Source: Carcharhinus amblyrhynchos
Taxonomy: Eukaryota
Direction of reading: 5' to 3'
Length of the DNA: 64,000 nucleotides
Assembly: GCA_965287045.1 (NCBI GenBank)
Contig: OZ336880.1
Location: 43,524,001-43,588,000 of the forward strand
Made by a program: the position numbers and the translations under genes. Position 1 is the first letter of the stretch. Each line of letters starts with the position of its first letter. Shown here one piece after another: positions 63,695 to 64,000 of the stretch. Below the pieces are notes generated by a model. The model was not told the origin of the DNA. It did not search any database and worked only from the letters and a program-made list of their open reading frames with translations.

Positions 63695-64000
63695 CAGTAC
63701 AGGAGGAAACCATTTGGCCCTGCTGTCTCTCCATGGAGCAATCCAACAGTCGTTTTCCCCTGCTTTATTACCATAGCTGTGTAAGTTTATTTCCAAGTGC
63801 CTATCCAATTTCCTTTAGAAATCATTCATCGTCACTAGTCCACCATCCTTGCAGATGGAGAGTTTCTGCATGGTGTGTAAAGTTCTTCCTCACATCCCCC
63901 TGCAACTTGCCAAAAATCTTAAATCATAGAATCAGAGTGCAGAAAGATGCCAATTGGCCCATCAAGTCAGCAACAATCCCATCCATGCCCGATCCCTGTA
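63695..64000 (-). mobile_element. Old CR1 3' fragment followed by an HE1 tail running off the window
   Basis: CAGTACAGGAGGAAACCATTTGGCCC..AAGTGCCTATCCAATTTCC..AAGTTCTTCCTCACATCCCC, then CATAGAATCAGAGTGCAGAAAG..GGCCCATCAAGTC. Confidence 0.7.

Noticed and set aside
54317-64000. Upstream JAZF exons (first zinc finger; DTDPRVLEKQE-type exon)
   Set aside because: No matching sequence found by eye. They probably lie beyond the window, though a diverged ~73-nt exon could have been missed.

Overview
Eukaryotic, repeat-rich vertebrate DNA, almost certainly from a shark or other cartilaginous fish (HE1-type tRNA-SINEs, HER1/CR1 LINEs, a SacSINE1/DeuSINE-like element). The only host gene I can support is the last three coding exons of a JAZF1-family C2H2 zinc-finger gene on the minus strand (54120-54316, 50625-50794, 47248-47424; canonical GT-AG introns, frame continuous). 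Its divergence from JAZF1 and the absence of TAX1BP1 downstream suggest the paralogue Jazf2, plausibly in a Hox regulatory gene desert. The rest is young and old CR1 LINEs, HE1 SINEs, Penelope-like elements (two inverted insertions; minimal hammerhead ribozyme cores in the larger one and in a separate short repeat), fossil PIF/Harbinger and Tx1 elements, a variable-spacer minisatellite and candidate conserved non-coding blocks. The most notable signals are the putative Jazf2 gene, an in-frame U_UUA_AAC -1 frameshift site plus G-tract joining CR1 ORF1 to ORF2, and the hammerhead-bearing palindromic Penelope insertion. Family names and protein comparisons are from memory, not database searches. 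Boundaries of old repeats are approximate.
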